Below are positions 35,155 to 43,252 of a stretch of 64,000 nucleotides of DNA, one piece after another; position 1 is the first letter of the stretch, and each line of letters opens with the position of its first letter. The notes beneath the pieces were generated by a model. The model did no database searches and had not been told where the DNA came from. It saw only the letters and a program-made list of their open reading frames with translations. The DNA comes from Pseudomonadota bacterium (lineage in GTDB: Bacteria; Bdellovibrionota_B; Oligoflexia; Oligoflexales; CAIYRB01). The position numbers were made by a program, and so were the translations under genes. The stretch is taken from assembly GCA_031416315.1 (NCBI GenBank), contig JANOTL010000035.1:25579-89578 (forward strand), given 5' to 3'.

Positions 35155-36330
35155 ATGATGATTCGCCTACGCAAAATTCATCTCGGCTCGGCAGTGCTCG
35201 CGACGCTTCTTTGGGGCGCCTGCAGCGACGGCAGCTCGCTCAGCGGCGCCGGCGGCAAGAAGAGCGCCAAGGGCGACAAGAAAACCGTCGAGAACAGCGA
35301 CGACGAAGGCGATCAGGAGGACGAGAAGTCCGACGCGCCCGTGCAAATCGCGGGCGCCTTCCTCGCCGCCGACTGCGCGCTCGACCCGACGGCGGTGCCG
35401 TCGGCCCTCGGTTTCGAGGTGATCGGCTGCGCGATCTTCGACAAAACGACGCTGGCCAAAACGACGCTCGCCGACGCGAAGCTCGGCGAGGTCTTGTTCA
35501 ACAAGGTCGACGGCTCGCGATTCGTCCCCGTGATGCAGAGCGCGCCGGCCGCGAGTCGGTGGCACGCGACGACGGAGTCGGACCGGGGCACGTTTGCGGC
35601 CGTCAAGTCGATCGTCGCCAGCTTCGACGCCGGGGGCACTCAGCACAAGCTCAAGTCGAAGCCGGGAGAGATTCTCGGCGGGGCGCCGCAACCGCCGCCG
35701 CCGGCTCCGCCTGATCCCGCCACGATTCCGCCGCCTGCACCTCCCGCGGAGCCCGACATCGAGGTCGCCGGCGAGAAGCCGACGACGCCCGCGCTCGACC
35801 CGGAATCCCCGTTGCAAGGCCTTTGGGAAGGCTCGGTCTTGGAGTACGGCTTCGACGACTGGACGGGCGAGGGGGAAACCGGCAATTGGGACGATGCCGG
35901 TCTTTGCTTCCACGGTCCGGGCTTGAAATTTGAAGACGACAAGCTGACGGTGACGCAAAGTGGCACCCTCTTCTACCGCTTGGCGAAGGACGTCGCCGGC
36001 TGCGGGCACCGGGCCCGCATCCAAATCTTGAGGCTGGGCGGCGGCGCAAGCGACGCCTCGTTGGACTCGGGCCCGCACACCGAGGTGCTTTCCCAGCGAA
36101 TCTTCGTCGAGCGCGGCGAGGAGATCCGCGTCGACTTCCTCGGCATCCACGAGGAGTTCTGCAATCCAGGGATCTGGAAGCCTTCGACCGACCGGCGCGC
36201 CGTCCGGACGAAAGTGAATTCTTGCAAATTCGATTATCACTTCACGTCCCAGGGCGTTGAAGCGCCGGATCGCGAAGGGAACAACCACTTGTGGCCTCCG
36301 GGAGCCCAAGGCGACGACGTCCACGACTGA
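35155..36330 (+). CDS. Lipoprotein with Pro-rich linker
   Basis: Lipobox WGAC; APVQIAGAFL; PQPPPPAPPDP linker between two domains. Confidence 0.75.
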   Translation: MMIRLRKIHLGSAVLATLLWGACSDGSSLSGAGGKKSAKGDKKTVENSDDEGDQEDEKSDAPVQIAGAFLAADCALDPTAVPSALGFEVIGCAIFDKTTLAKTTLADAKLGEVLFNKVDGSRFVPVMQSAPAASRWHATTESDRGTFAAVKSIVASFDAGGTQHKLKSKPGEILGGAPQPPPPAPPDPATIPPPAPPAEPDIEVAGEKPTTPALDPESPLQGLWEGSVLEYGFDDWTGEGETGNWDDAGLCFHGPGLKFEDDKLTVTQSGTLFYRLAKDVAGCGHRARIQILRLGGGASDASLDSGPHTEVLSQRIFVERGEEIRVDFLGIHEEFCNPGIWKPSTDRRAVRTKVNSCKFDYHFTSQGVEAPDREGNNHLWPPGAQGDDVHD

Positions 36331-36335
36331 ATTGC

Positions 36336-36686
36336 CTAGGCCAACGGCGCCAAAGCCTCGCGCTCCTCCGGCGTGAACACGCGCGAGCGCGTCAGGAAGC
36401 GGATGCCGTGCGGGATCTCGAGCGAGAAGCTCGCGCCGCGACCCGGCACCGCGTCGATGACGAGCTGCGTATGCTTCCACGCCTCGAACTGCGTGCCGGA
36501 GATGTAGACCGGATCGCCGTCGAGCGTGCCGAGGAGCACGTCGCGCTGGCCGATCTTGAACTCGGGGCGTGCGAAGCACATCGGCGCCGAGCCGTCGCAA
36601 CAGCCGCCGCTCTGGTGAAAGAGTAAGGGGCCGTGCGCGGCGCGGAGCTTCAGGATCCATTCCATCGCGAGCGGGGTCGCGCCCAC
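36336..36686 (-). CDS. DUF779 family protein (true start may be upstream, near 36767)
   Basis: HGPLLFHQSGGCCDGSAPMC, WKHTQL, GRGASFSLE; usual partner of aldB. Confidence 0.92.
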   Translation of the reverse strand: MGATPLAMEWILKLRAAHGPLLFHQSGGCCDGSAPMCFARPEFKIGQRDVLLGTLDGDPVYISGTQFEAWKHTQLVIDAVPGRGASFSLEIPHGIRFLTRSRVFTPEEREALAPLA

Positions 36687-36763
36687 GCGTTGGACGCGCC
36701 CCTGCGCATCGCGAGGAATGGCGACCGGGGCACCGTCGGCCCCGACGTCGCAGGCCGTGTTGC

Positions 36764-38281
36764 TCAGAAGAAACCCATGGGCTTGGGATCGTAGGAAACC
36801 AAGATGTTTTTCGTCTGCGTGTAATGCGCGAGCATCATCTTGTGGTTCTCGCGACCGATGCCCGACTGCTTGTAGCCGCCGAACGAGGCATGCGCCGGGT
36901 ACAGGTGATAGCAGTTCGTCCAGACGCGGCCGGCCTTGATCTCGCGCGCCATCTCGTAGGCGTCGTGGACCGAGCGGGTCCAGAGGCCGGCGCCCAAGCC
37001 GTAGAGCGAGTCGTTGGCGAGCTTCAGCGCGTCCTCGCGATCCTTGAACTTGGTCACCGCGACCACTGGTCCGAAGATCTCTTCCTGGAAGACGCGCATG
37101 CTGTTTTTGCCCTCGAAGATCGTCGGCTGCATGTACCAGCCGTTTTCCAGGCCCGCGACCTTCGCGCGCTCGCCGCCGGTGCGGATGGTCGCGCCTTCAT
37201 TCTTGCCGACCTGAACGTAGGATAGGATCTTCTCCATCTGGTCGCCGGAGGCCTGCGCGCCCATCATCGTCGTCGTGTCGAGCGGGTGGCCCATTTTGAT
37301 CTTCTTGACGCGGTCGACGGCTTTCTCCATGAAGCGGTCGTAGATCTTCTCGTGGACGAGAGCGCGCGAGGGGCAGGTGCACACCTCGCCTTGGTTCAGC
37401 GCGAACATGGCGAAGCCCTCGAGGCACTTCTCGAAGAAGGCGTCGTCCTTGTCCATGACGTCGGCCATGAAGATGTTCGGGCTTTTGCCGCCGAGCTCGA
37501 GCGTCGCGGGGATCAGGTTCTCCGAGGCGTATTGGAGGATCAGGCGGCCGGTCGTCGTCTCGCCGGTGAAGGCGACCTTGGCGATGCGGGGCGAGGAGGC
37601 GAGGGGCTTGCCGGCCTCGATGCCGAAGCCGTTGACGACGTTGAGCACGCCTTTCGGCAGGAGGTCGCCGATCAGCTCCATCAGGACGAGGATGGAGACG
37701 GGGGTTTGCTCGGCAGGCTTCAGGACGACGCAGTTGCCTGCGGCGAGCGCCGGCGCGAGCTTCCACGCGGCCATGAGCAGCGGGAAGTTCCACGGGATGA
37801 TTTGGCCGACGACGCCAAGGGGCTCGCGCAAGTGGTACGAGACGGTGCTTTTGTCGAGCTCCGCCATGCCGCCTTCGTCGCTGCGGATGGCCGCCGCGAA
37901 GTAGCGGAAATGGTCGATGCAGAGCGGCAGGTCGGCGGCGAGCGTCTCGCGCACGGCCTTGCCGTTGCCCCAGGTCTCGACGACGGCGAGCTTCTCGAGA
38001 TTCTGCTCCATGCGGTCGGCGATCTTCAGCAGCGTGTTCGAGCGCTCGGTCGCGCTGGTGCGGCTCCACGACGGGAATGCGGCGTGCGCGGCATCGAGCG
38101 CTTTCTCAACGTCCTTCTCGTCGGAGCGCGCGACCTCGGTGTAGGGCTTGCCGGTGACCGGGCACATTGCCTCGAAGTAGCGGCCGGCGACGGGCGGCAC
38201 GAAGGCGCCGTTTACGTAGTTACCGTATTGCTTGGCGAAGGTGACGAGCGCGCCGGCCGTATTCGGGTCTTTGTAGAGCAC
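36764..38281 (-). CDS. aldB: Aldehyde dehydrogenase (AldB/ExaC type)
   Basis: [62 protein letters not shown]. Confidence 0.95.
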   Translation of the reverse strand: MLYKDPNTAGALVTFAKQYGNYVNGAFVPPVAGRYFEAMCPVTGKPYTEVARSDEKDVEKALDAAHAAFPSWSRTSATERSNTLLKIADRMEQNLEKLAVVETWGNGKAVRETLAADLPLCIDHFRYFAAAIRSDEGGMAELDKSTVSYHLREPLGVVGQIIPWNFPLLMAAWKLAPALAAGNCVVLKPAEQTPVSILVLMELIGDLLPKGVLNVVNGFGIEAGKPLASSPRIAKVAFTGETTTGRLILQYASENLIPATLELGGKSPNIFMADVMDKDDAFFEKCLEGFAMFALNQGEVCTCPSRALVHEKIYDRFMEKAVDRVKKIKMGHPLDTTTMMGAQASGDQMEKILSYVQVGKNEGATIRTGGERAKVAGLENGWYMQPTIFEGKNSMRVFQEEIFGPVVAVTKFKDREDALKLANDSLYGLGAGLWTRSVHDAYEMAREIKAGRVWTNCYHLYPAHASFGGYKQSGIGRENHKMMLAHYTQTKNILVSYDPKPMGFF

Positions 38282-38341
38282 TGTCTTCCCCTTTTCACGA
38301 ACGCGTAGTGAATTATGGGGGGAGGCTAGCTCTCTCTTCGC

Positions 38342-38851
38342 TCACTCCGCAAGCGTGAAGGATCCGGAGATGTGGCAAGGGCGGTCGAAGCTCATGTAAT
38401 CGACGGTGAGCACGTAGGTTCCCGCCTTCAGCTCACCGGGAAAATCGGCGAGGGCCACGCGCGGGATGGGGCTGCCGCCGTCGACTTCGGCACCTTCGGT
38501 GGTGCGGATGATCTCCGGATCTTTGCCAGAGACCATCGCGAGGACCATGTACGTGGGACCGACGAAGTCGCCGGCGTTGGCGCAGTCGCTGCTGGTCGCG
38601 AAGGTCTCTTCCAGACGCAAGGTCTTCGCGCCGTCCAGGCGGAACGCGCGTCCATCGTTATACGTGTAAGGATCTGCGCGCGAGGCGCGGTTCAGGACGC
38701 CTTGGTAATCGATCGCGTCGCCGAGCGAGGCGAAGGCCACTTTTTGCCCGTCCAGCTCGACCGTCTGCGTCTGCGCGAGCGCGAGCGGAGTGACGATCGA
38801 CAGCGCCAGGGCGAATGAGAGGATGAGGGATTCGAGTGGGGAGCGTTGCAT
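38342..38851 (-). CDS. Secreted hypothetical protein
   Basis: RBS GGAGG; signal peptide ending PLALA. Confidence 0.7.
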   Translation of the reverse strand: MQRSPLESLILSFALALSIVTPLALAQTQTVELDGQKVAFASLGDAIDYQGVLNRASRADPYTYNDGRAFRLDGAKTLRLEETFATSSDCANAGDFVGPTYMVLAMVSGKDPEIIRTTEGAEVDGGSPIPRVALADFPGELKAGTYVLTVDYMSFDRPCHISGSFTLAE

Positions 38852-38882
38852 CAGAGAGTCCTCCAGCGTATGCCGTCACTGA

Positions 38883-38899
38883 AGCAAGTCGCGGACCAA
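38883..38899 (-). promoter_or_regulatory. Candidate sigma-54 promoter
   Basis: Minus strand TTGG-TCCGCGACTT-GCT (GG-N10-GC), about 30 bp before ATG at 38851. Confidence 0.5.
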
Positions 38900-38945
38900 G
38901 GGTCGATGTGGTTGATCCGACTGAGTTTTGGCGAAAATACCAATG

Positions 38946-40409
38946 CTACCTGGAAGTGACAGCCGTCTCCAGAAGCGCTACGCCGGTCGCCAATTCCTGC
39001 GGGGTTCGGCTGGCAAATCCGAGGCGTAGCGCGTCGACACGCTTATGAGGCACGGCGTAGTGTGATCCAGGCAGCACGAGAAGCCCTAGTGCGCCGGCAC
39101 GCTGGGCAATTTCGTCGGCGTTCACTCCCGGCGTCTCCACCCAAATCGCCATCCCGCCGTCGGGGACGCGGAACTTGAACGGCGCACCTCTTGCCGCCGC
39201 CGATTGGAGCGCCTCGACCAGTGCGTCGCGCCGTGCCTCGTAGGCTCGGCGCATGCGGCGCAGGTGGCGCTCGAAGCCGCCGTCTTTCATCCACAGCGCG
39301 ACCGAGGTTTGAATGAGACCGTCGTTCTGCCGCGACGCGATGCGGCGCAGGGTTGTGAACGGCGCTGCAAGGGCCGGCGGAATGGCGACGAAGCCCAAGC
39401 GCGCCGCGGGAAACAGGACCTTCGAGAAAGTGGAGACGTAGATCACGAGGCCGGCCGGATCGTTCGCGGCGAAAGGCGGCAGCGGCTGGCATCGGTAGTG
39501 GAACTCGTGGTCGTAGTCGTCCTCGAGGATCGCGACGCCATGGCGTAAACAAAGATCGTAGATGTGGGCACGGCGGCCGACCGAGAGCGTCGCGGTCGTC
39601 GGATACTGGTGGAGCGGCGTGAGGTAGAGGAGCTTGAGCTTCCGGCGTGCGAGGACCTTCGCCAGCGCGTCGGAGTCCAGGCCGCCTTCGTCGATCGGGA
39701 TCGGCACGAGCTTGGCGCCGGCCGCCTTCAGCGCGGCGAAGGCGGGCGGGTAACCCATCGCCTCGACGCCGACGGCGTCGCCTTCGCCGACCAGGAGCTG
39801 GGCGGTGAGGAAGATCCCTTCCTGCGAGCCGTTCGTCGCGACGAGCGTGCGGTCCTGGACGGCGCGCACGCGACGCAGGTACGTAGCGAGCCCGTCGAGG
39901 AAGAGCGGGTCGCCCTCCGGCGGGCCGTAATCGAGCACTCGCTTCGGGTGGCGACGCATCGCCGCCGAGACGAAGCCGCGGAACTCGTTTTCGGGGAAGA
40001 GGCGCAGATCGGGCTGGCCGCTCGGAAAGGCGGCTTTGTGCCGCTTCCTGTCGAAGGGAATCGTCGGATGCGGGAGCTCGGGGACGCGCGCTATGCGGAA
40101 ATGGAAAGGTTTCGCGACCGCGGGGCGCGGAGCGGCGGGCGCGGGCGCGGAGAACTGCGACGGGAGCTCGGTCGAGACGCGATAATCGCGGCGCTCGCGC
40201 CCGTAGGTCCAACCTTCGGCGCTGAGCTCGGCGAGCGCGGCCATCACCGTCTGGCGATGGACGCGCAGGCGGGCGGCGAGCTCACGGGAGGACGGGAGCG
40301 CCTCGCCGGGCGCGAGCTGGCCGTCGCGGATGGCTTGGCGGAGCGCCTCGGCGACGCGCAGGTACTGCGCTTTCGCGCCGCGGGGAAGGTGCAGGCTCAG
40401 CTCGCGCAA
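38946..40409 (-). CDS. MocR/PdxR-family PLP-dependent transcriptional regulator
   Basis: LPSSRELA wHTH; YLTPLHQYPT, EDDYDHEF, TFSKVLFPAARLG; RBS GGAG 7 nt before TTG at 40409. Confidence 0.92.
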   Translation of the reverse strand: MRELSLHLPRGAKAQYLRVAEALRQAIRDGQLAPGEALPSSRELAARLRVHRQTVMAALAELSAEGWTYGRERRDYRVSTELPSQFSAPAPAAPRPAVAKPFHFRIARVPELPHPTIPFDRKRHKAAFPSGQPDLRLFPENEFRGFVSAAMRRHPKRVLDYGPPEGDPLFLDGLATYLRRVRAVQDRTLVATNGSQEGIFLTAQLLVGEGDAVGVEAMGYPPAFAALKAAGAKLVPIPIDEGGLDSDALAKVLARRKLKLLYLTPLHQYPTTATLSVGRRAHIYDLCLRHGVAILEDDYDHEFHYRCQPLPPFAANDPAGLVIYVSTFSKVLFPAARLGFVAIPPALAAPFTTLRRIASRQNDGLIQTSVALWMKDGGFERHLRRMRRAYEARRDALVEALQSAAARGAPFKFRVPDGGMAIWVETPGVNADEIAQRAGALGLLVLPGSHYAVPHKRVDALRLGFASRTPQELATGVALLETAVTSR

Positions 40410-40421
40410 GAGGGCGCTCCG

Positions 40422-40468
40422 TCTGGTCGATGTGATTTGTTCGATCTGGTCGTTTCGCATCGACCAGA
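40422..40468. promoter_or_regulatory. MocR operator: two direct and one inverted repeat
   Basis: TCTGGTCG at 40422 and 40445, inverted CGACCAGA at 40461; classic GabR/PdxR layout in a divergent spacer. Confidence 0.75.
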
Positions 40469-40505
40469 ACGAGCCTAGCTTTACCTCATGGCACGGAGGT
40501 AGCCC

Positions 40506-41618
40506 ATGATCTTCAAAGACGAGTACGTAGCGCCCGGTGAGGCGGCTGTGCAGGAGTTGGTGGCGGGGGCGGAGCATTGTCTCCTGGCGACGGTCGACGC
40601 GGCGGGGGCGCCGCGGCACGGGGTCTTCAATCCAGTGTCGGTGGACGGGAAGTTCTTCCTGCACCTGCGGCGCGACGACGAGCAGAGGCTCGACATGGCA
40701 CGAACGGGGCTCGGATCCCTCGTGTTCACGGACTATCTCGCGACCATCCCTTCATACTGGGTCGATGCGAAGTACGCGGGGGCGGCGACGGCCTACTACA
40801 AGTTCGTGGAGATGCGCTGCCGGGTCGAGGTATGCACGGATCCACAGGCGATGCGGCGGACGCTCGAGAAGATGATGGCGCGGTTCCAGCCGGAAGGCTG
40901 CTTCGCGGCGCTGGACCCGGAGCACAAGCTCTATAAAGGGAGCTTCGCCGAGATCGCCATCGTGGCAATGATCCCGGTCTCCGTGCGGACGAAGTGGAAG
41001 CTCGGGCAGAATCGGTCGGAGCACACGCGGCTCAAGGTCGCGGAAGAGCTGTTCTTGCGCGGAGAGGGGCGGGATCTGGCCGCGGCGGAGGCCGTGTTGG
41101 AGACGGGGGGGGCGGGGCCGGATCCCGACCCTTCGTCCGCGCGCCCTGGCGCGCTCGCACGGCGCGAGCGCTATGCCATCCACATGCTTTCCCCAGCTCG
41201 CGCCGCGGCGCAGTCGAAGGCGATGCATGCGCTCTTTTCGCGCTCCTACTGGGCGGTCGACCGTCCGTGGCCAACGGTGGAGCGGTCCGTGCGCCAATCC
41301 TTGTGCTACGGGCTCTTCGATCGGGACGAGCTGGTCGGCGTCACGCGCGTCATCACCGACCGCGCGACCTTCGCCTATCTGTGTGACGTGATCGTCGACG
41401 AGCGGCATCGCGGCAAAGGCCTCGGCAGCTGGCTCGTCGCGACGGTCCTGGCGCGCCCGGAGCTGGCGAAGGTCCCGCGCATGCTGTTGGCGACGCGCGA
41501 CGCGCACGGCTTATACGAGAAATTTGGCTTCGCGGGCCTGCCGGATCCGTCGCGCTTCATGGTGATGCGGCGCGAGGGCGCGCGGGATTTCGGGGCGGGC
41601 GCGTCGACGTCAATCTGA
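40506..41618 (+). CDS. PaiB-like FMN-binding split-barrel domain fused to a GNAT acetyltransferase
   Basis: ATIPSYW...AATAYY...KWKLGQNR (PaiB-like); SYWA, RVITDRATFAYLCDVIVDERHRGKGLG, LATRDAHGLYEKFGF (GNAT). Confidence 0.85.
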   Translation: MIFKDEYVAPGEAAVQELVAGAEHCLLATVDAAGAPRHGVFNPVSVDGKFFLHLRRDDEQRLDMARTGLGSLVFTDYLATIPSYWVDAKYAGAATAYYKFVEMRCRVEVCTDPQAMRRTLEKMMARFQPEGCFAALDPEHKLYKGSFAEIAIVAMIPVSVRTKWKLGQNRSEHTRLKVAEELFLRGEGRDLAAAEAVLETGGAGPDPDPSSARPGALARRERYAIHMLSPARAAAQSKAMHALFSRSYWAVDRPWPTVERSVRQSLCYGLFDRDELVGVTRVITDRATFAYLCDVIVDERHRGKGLGSWLVATVLARPELAKVPRMLLATRDAHGLYEKFGFAGLPDPSRFMVMRREGARDFGAGASTSI

Positions 41619-41694
41619 CGCCTTGCGCCGATCCGGCGCCGGCGTTAGACCGACCTTGCGCCCCCTTTGCCGAAAACCTCACGAGGAACGACTC

Positions 41695-42228
41695 ATGAAA
41701 ACATTTTTGGCCGCGCTTGTCCCGTTCGCCCTGTTCGTCCTGTCCTTTCATGCCGCGCCGGCCTTCGCGTCGCGTTGCACCTGGAATCCCAGCTGGGAGC
41801 GCACCGAGTGCTGCTCCGAGGGCCAGGAAGCCACGTGGAATCCCAGTTGGGAGCGCGTCGATTGCAACACGGCCACGCCGGGCGCCTGCATCTGGAACCC
41901 GAGCTGGGAGCGCACCGAATGCTGCCCCTCCGGCGAGATCGCCAGCTGGAACGCGAGCTGGGAGCGCGTCGACTGCACGCAGCCGGGCGGCAGCGGCGAG
42001 CCCAACGGTGGCCCGGGGCAATGCGCCTACGACCAGAGCTGGGAGCGCTGGCGCTGCTGCGCGAGCGGCGAGCAGGCCGTCTGGAACCCGAGCTGGGAGC
42101 GGGTCGAGTGCAAGGCGGCCACGCCTTTCGCCTGCATCTGGAATCCGAGCTGGGAGCGCGTCGAATGCTGCGCCGATGGTAAAGTAGCGACGTGGAACGC
42201 CAGCTGGGAACGAGTCGATTGCAATTAA
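41695..42228 (+). CDS. Secreted Cys/Trp-rich protein with eight WNxSWER-type repeats
   Basis: RBS GAGG; signal peptide ending APAFA; four units of C-x-WNPSWER-xxCC-xxG-xxA-x-WNxSWERVxC. Confidence 0.85.
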   Translation: MKTFLAALVPFALFVLSFHAAPAFASRCTWNPSWERTECCSEGQEATWNPSWERVDCNTATPGACIWNPSWERTECCPSGEIASWNASWERVDCTQPGGSGEPNGGPGQCAYDQSWERWRCCASGEQAVWNPSWERVECKAATPFACIWNPSWERVECCADGKVATWNASWERVDCN

Positions 42229-42240
42229 GGAGGCCGCCGC

Positions 42241-43071
42241 TTGACCGCGTTGCTTCATTGGTCGGGAACGCGAATCTACGACGGCGAGGCGCTGAAATCG
42301 CCGCTTCCGTCCCTACCGACTTGGGGCGTGGCGCTCGTGGCGCCGAAAGACCTCGCGCGACGGTGGCGCTCGGCCGAGGGTGACGTGCTTTTGGCGCGGT
42401 GGGCCGCCGAGGGCGGTCCTCCCGCCATGGTCGAGATGTGCTTGGGCCGTCGGTACTTCGGCTGGGCCAAGGGCGTGCCGTTCGAGACCGGCTACGTCGT
42501 CGGAAAGGGCGCTCAGCGCCTGGACGACAAGCTCGAGCGGCGGATCGAGGCGCTGCCCGATCTGGCGCTGGCGCACGTGGTTGCGGAGGCTCTCGGCGCG
42601 ACGGGCGATCCGGATCTCTTCCCCGTCGCCGAAGAGATCCTGGACGAGATCGCCTGGCGCGGCGACTCGGACCGCGGCACGTTCTTGAACGCCGACGGCA
42701 TCGCCGAGGCGATCCCGACGCGCGTCGGGCATGCTCTGCTCAGCGAGGAGCTGCGCAAGGTGCTTGGCCTGGTGTGGTTCAAGGGCGGGCGCTACACGGA
42801 GTTTCACTACGCGCTCGACGGCGGGCGGCTCAAGTTCTTCGCGTTTCGCGACGGGAGCCGCAGCCTCGACGTGAGCGAGGCGAGCTGGTCTGCGGGTCGG
42901 CGCGACCGTCGGAAGCGCCTCATGACCGAGGTTTTAGAAACGGCTACGCCGCGCGGCTCCGCCGAGGAGACGAGCGCCGTGGATGCGGCGCTCAGGGTGC
43001 TCGACTGCGTCGACGACCCCGAGGTCGTGACGCTGCGAGCGTTGGTGCGAGCGAGTCTCGCCCGGCGCTGA
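42241..43071 (+). CDS. Hypothetical protein
   Basis: RBS TAAGGAGG overlapping the upstream stop, TTG start; no recognisable motif. Confidence 0.65.
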   Translation: MTALLHWSGTRIYDGEALKSPLPSLPTWGVALVAPKDLARRWRSAEGDVLLARWAAEGGPPAMVEMCLGRRYFGWAKGVPFETGYVVGKGAQRLDDKLERRIEALPDLALAHVVAEALGATGDPDLFPVAEEILDEIAWRGDSDRGTFLNADGIAEAIPTRVGHALLSEELRKVLGLVWFKGGRYTEFHYALDGGRLKFFAFRDGSRSLDVSEASWSAGRRDRRKRLMTEVLETATPRGSAEETSAVDAALRVLDCVDDPEVVTLRALVRASLARR

Positions 43072-43252
43072 CCGCTCGAAGCGGCCGAAGGCGGGTTTCT
43101 CCGTTTATGTCAATTATATCAAGTAATTGATCGGGTCTGGTCCGCGCGCCCGGACGTCGCGGTTCATAACCTAGAAAGCGGTAGCCTTTCCGAACGATTC
43201 CGCGGACTCTAAGGGTTCCCATCGTCTGTTAAGAGGGAGTGGCATTAGGACC

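Noticed and set aside
40410..40664. Long N-terminal extension of the second MocR
   Set aside because: It would run through its own operator and into the divergent gene; RBS + TTG at 40409 fits better
41780..42212. CRISPR-like regularly spaced ~21-bp repeats (TGGAAyCCsAGCTGGGAGCG)
   Set aside because: Repeats are in frame with synonymous variation inside a signal-peptide ORF, the spacers resemble each other, and no cas genes are present
41695..42228. Darobactin/dynobactin-like RiPP precursor (W-N-x-S cores)
   Set aside because: It has a Sec signal and regular Cys scaffold, and no radical SAM or other maturase is recognisable nearby
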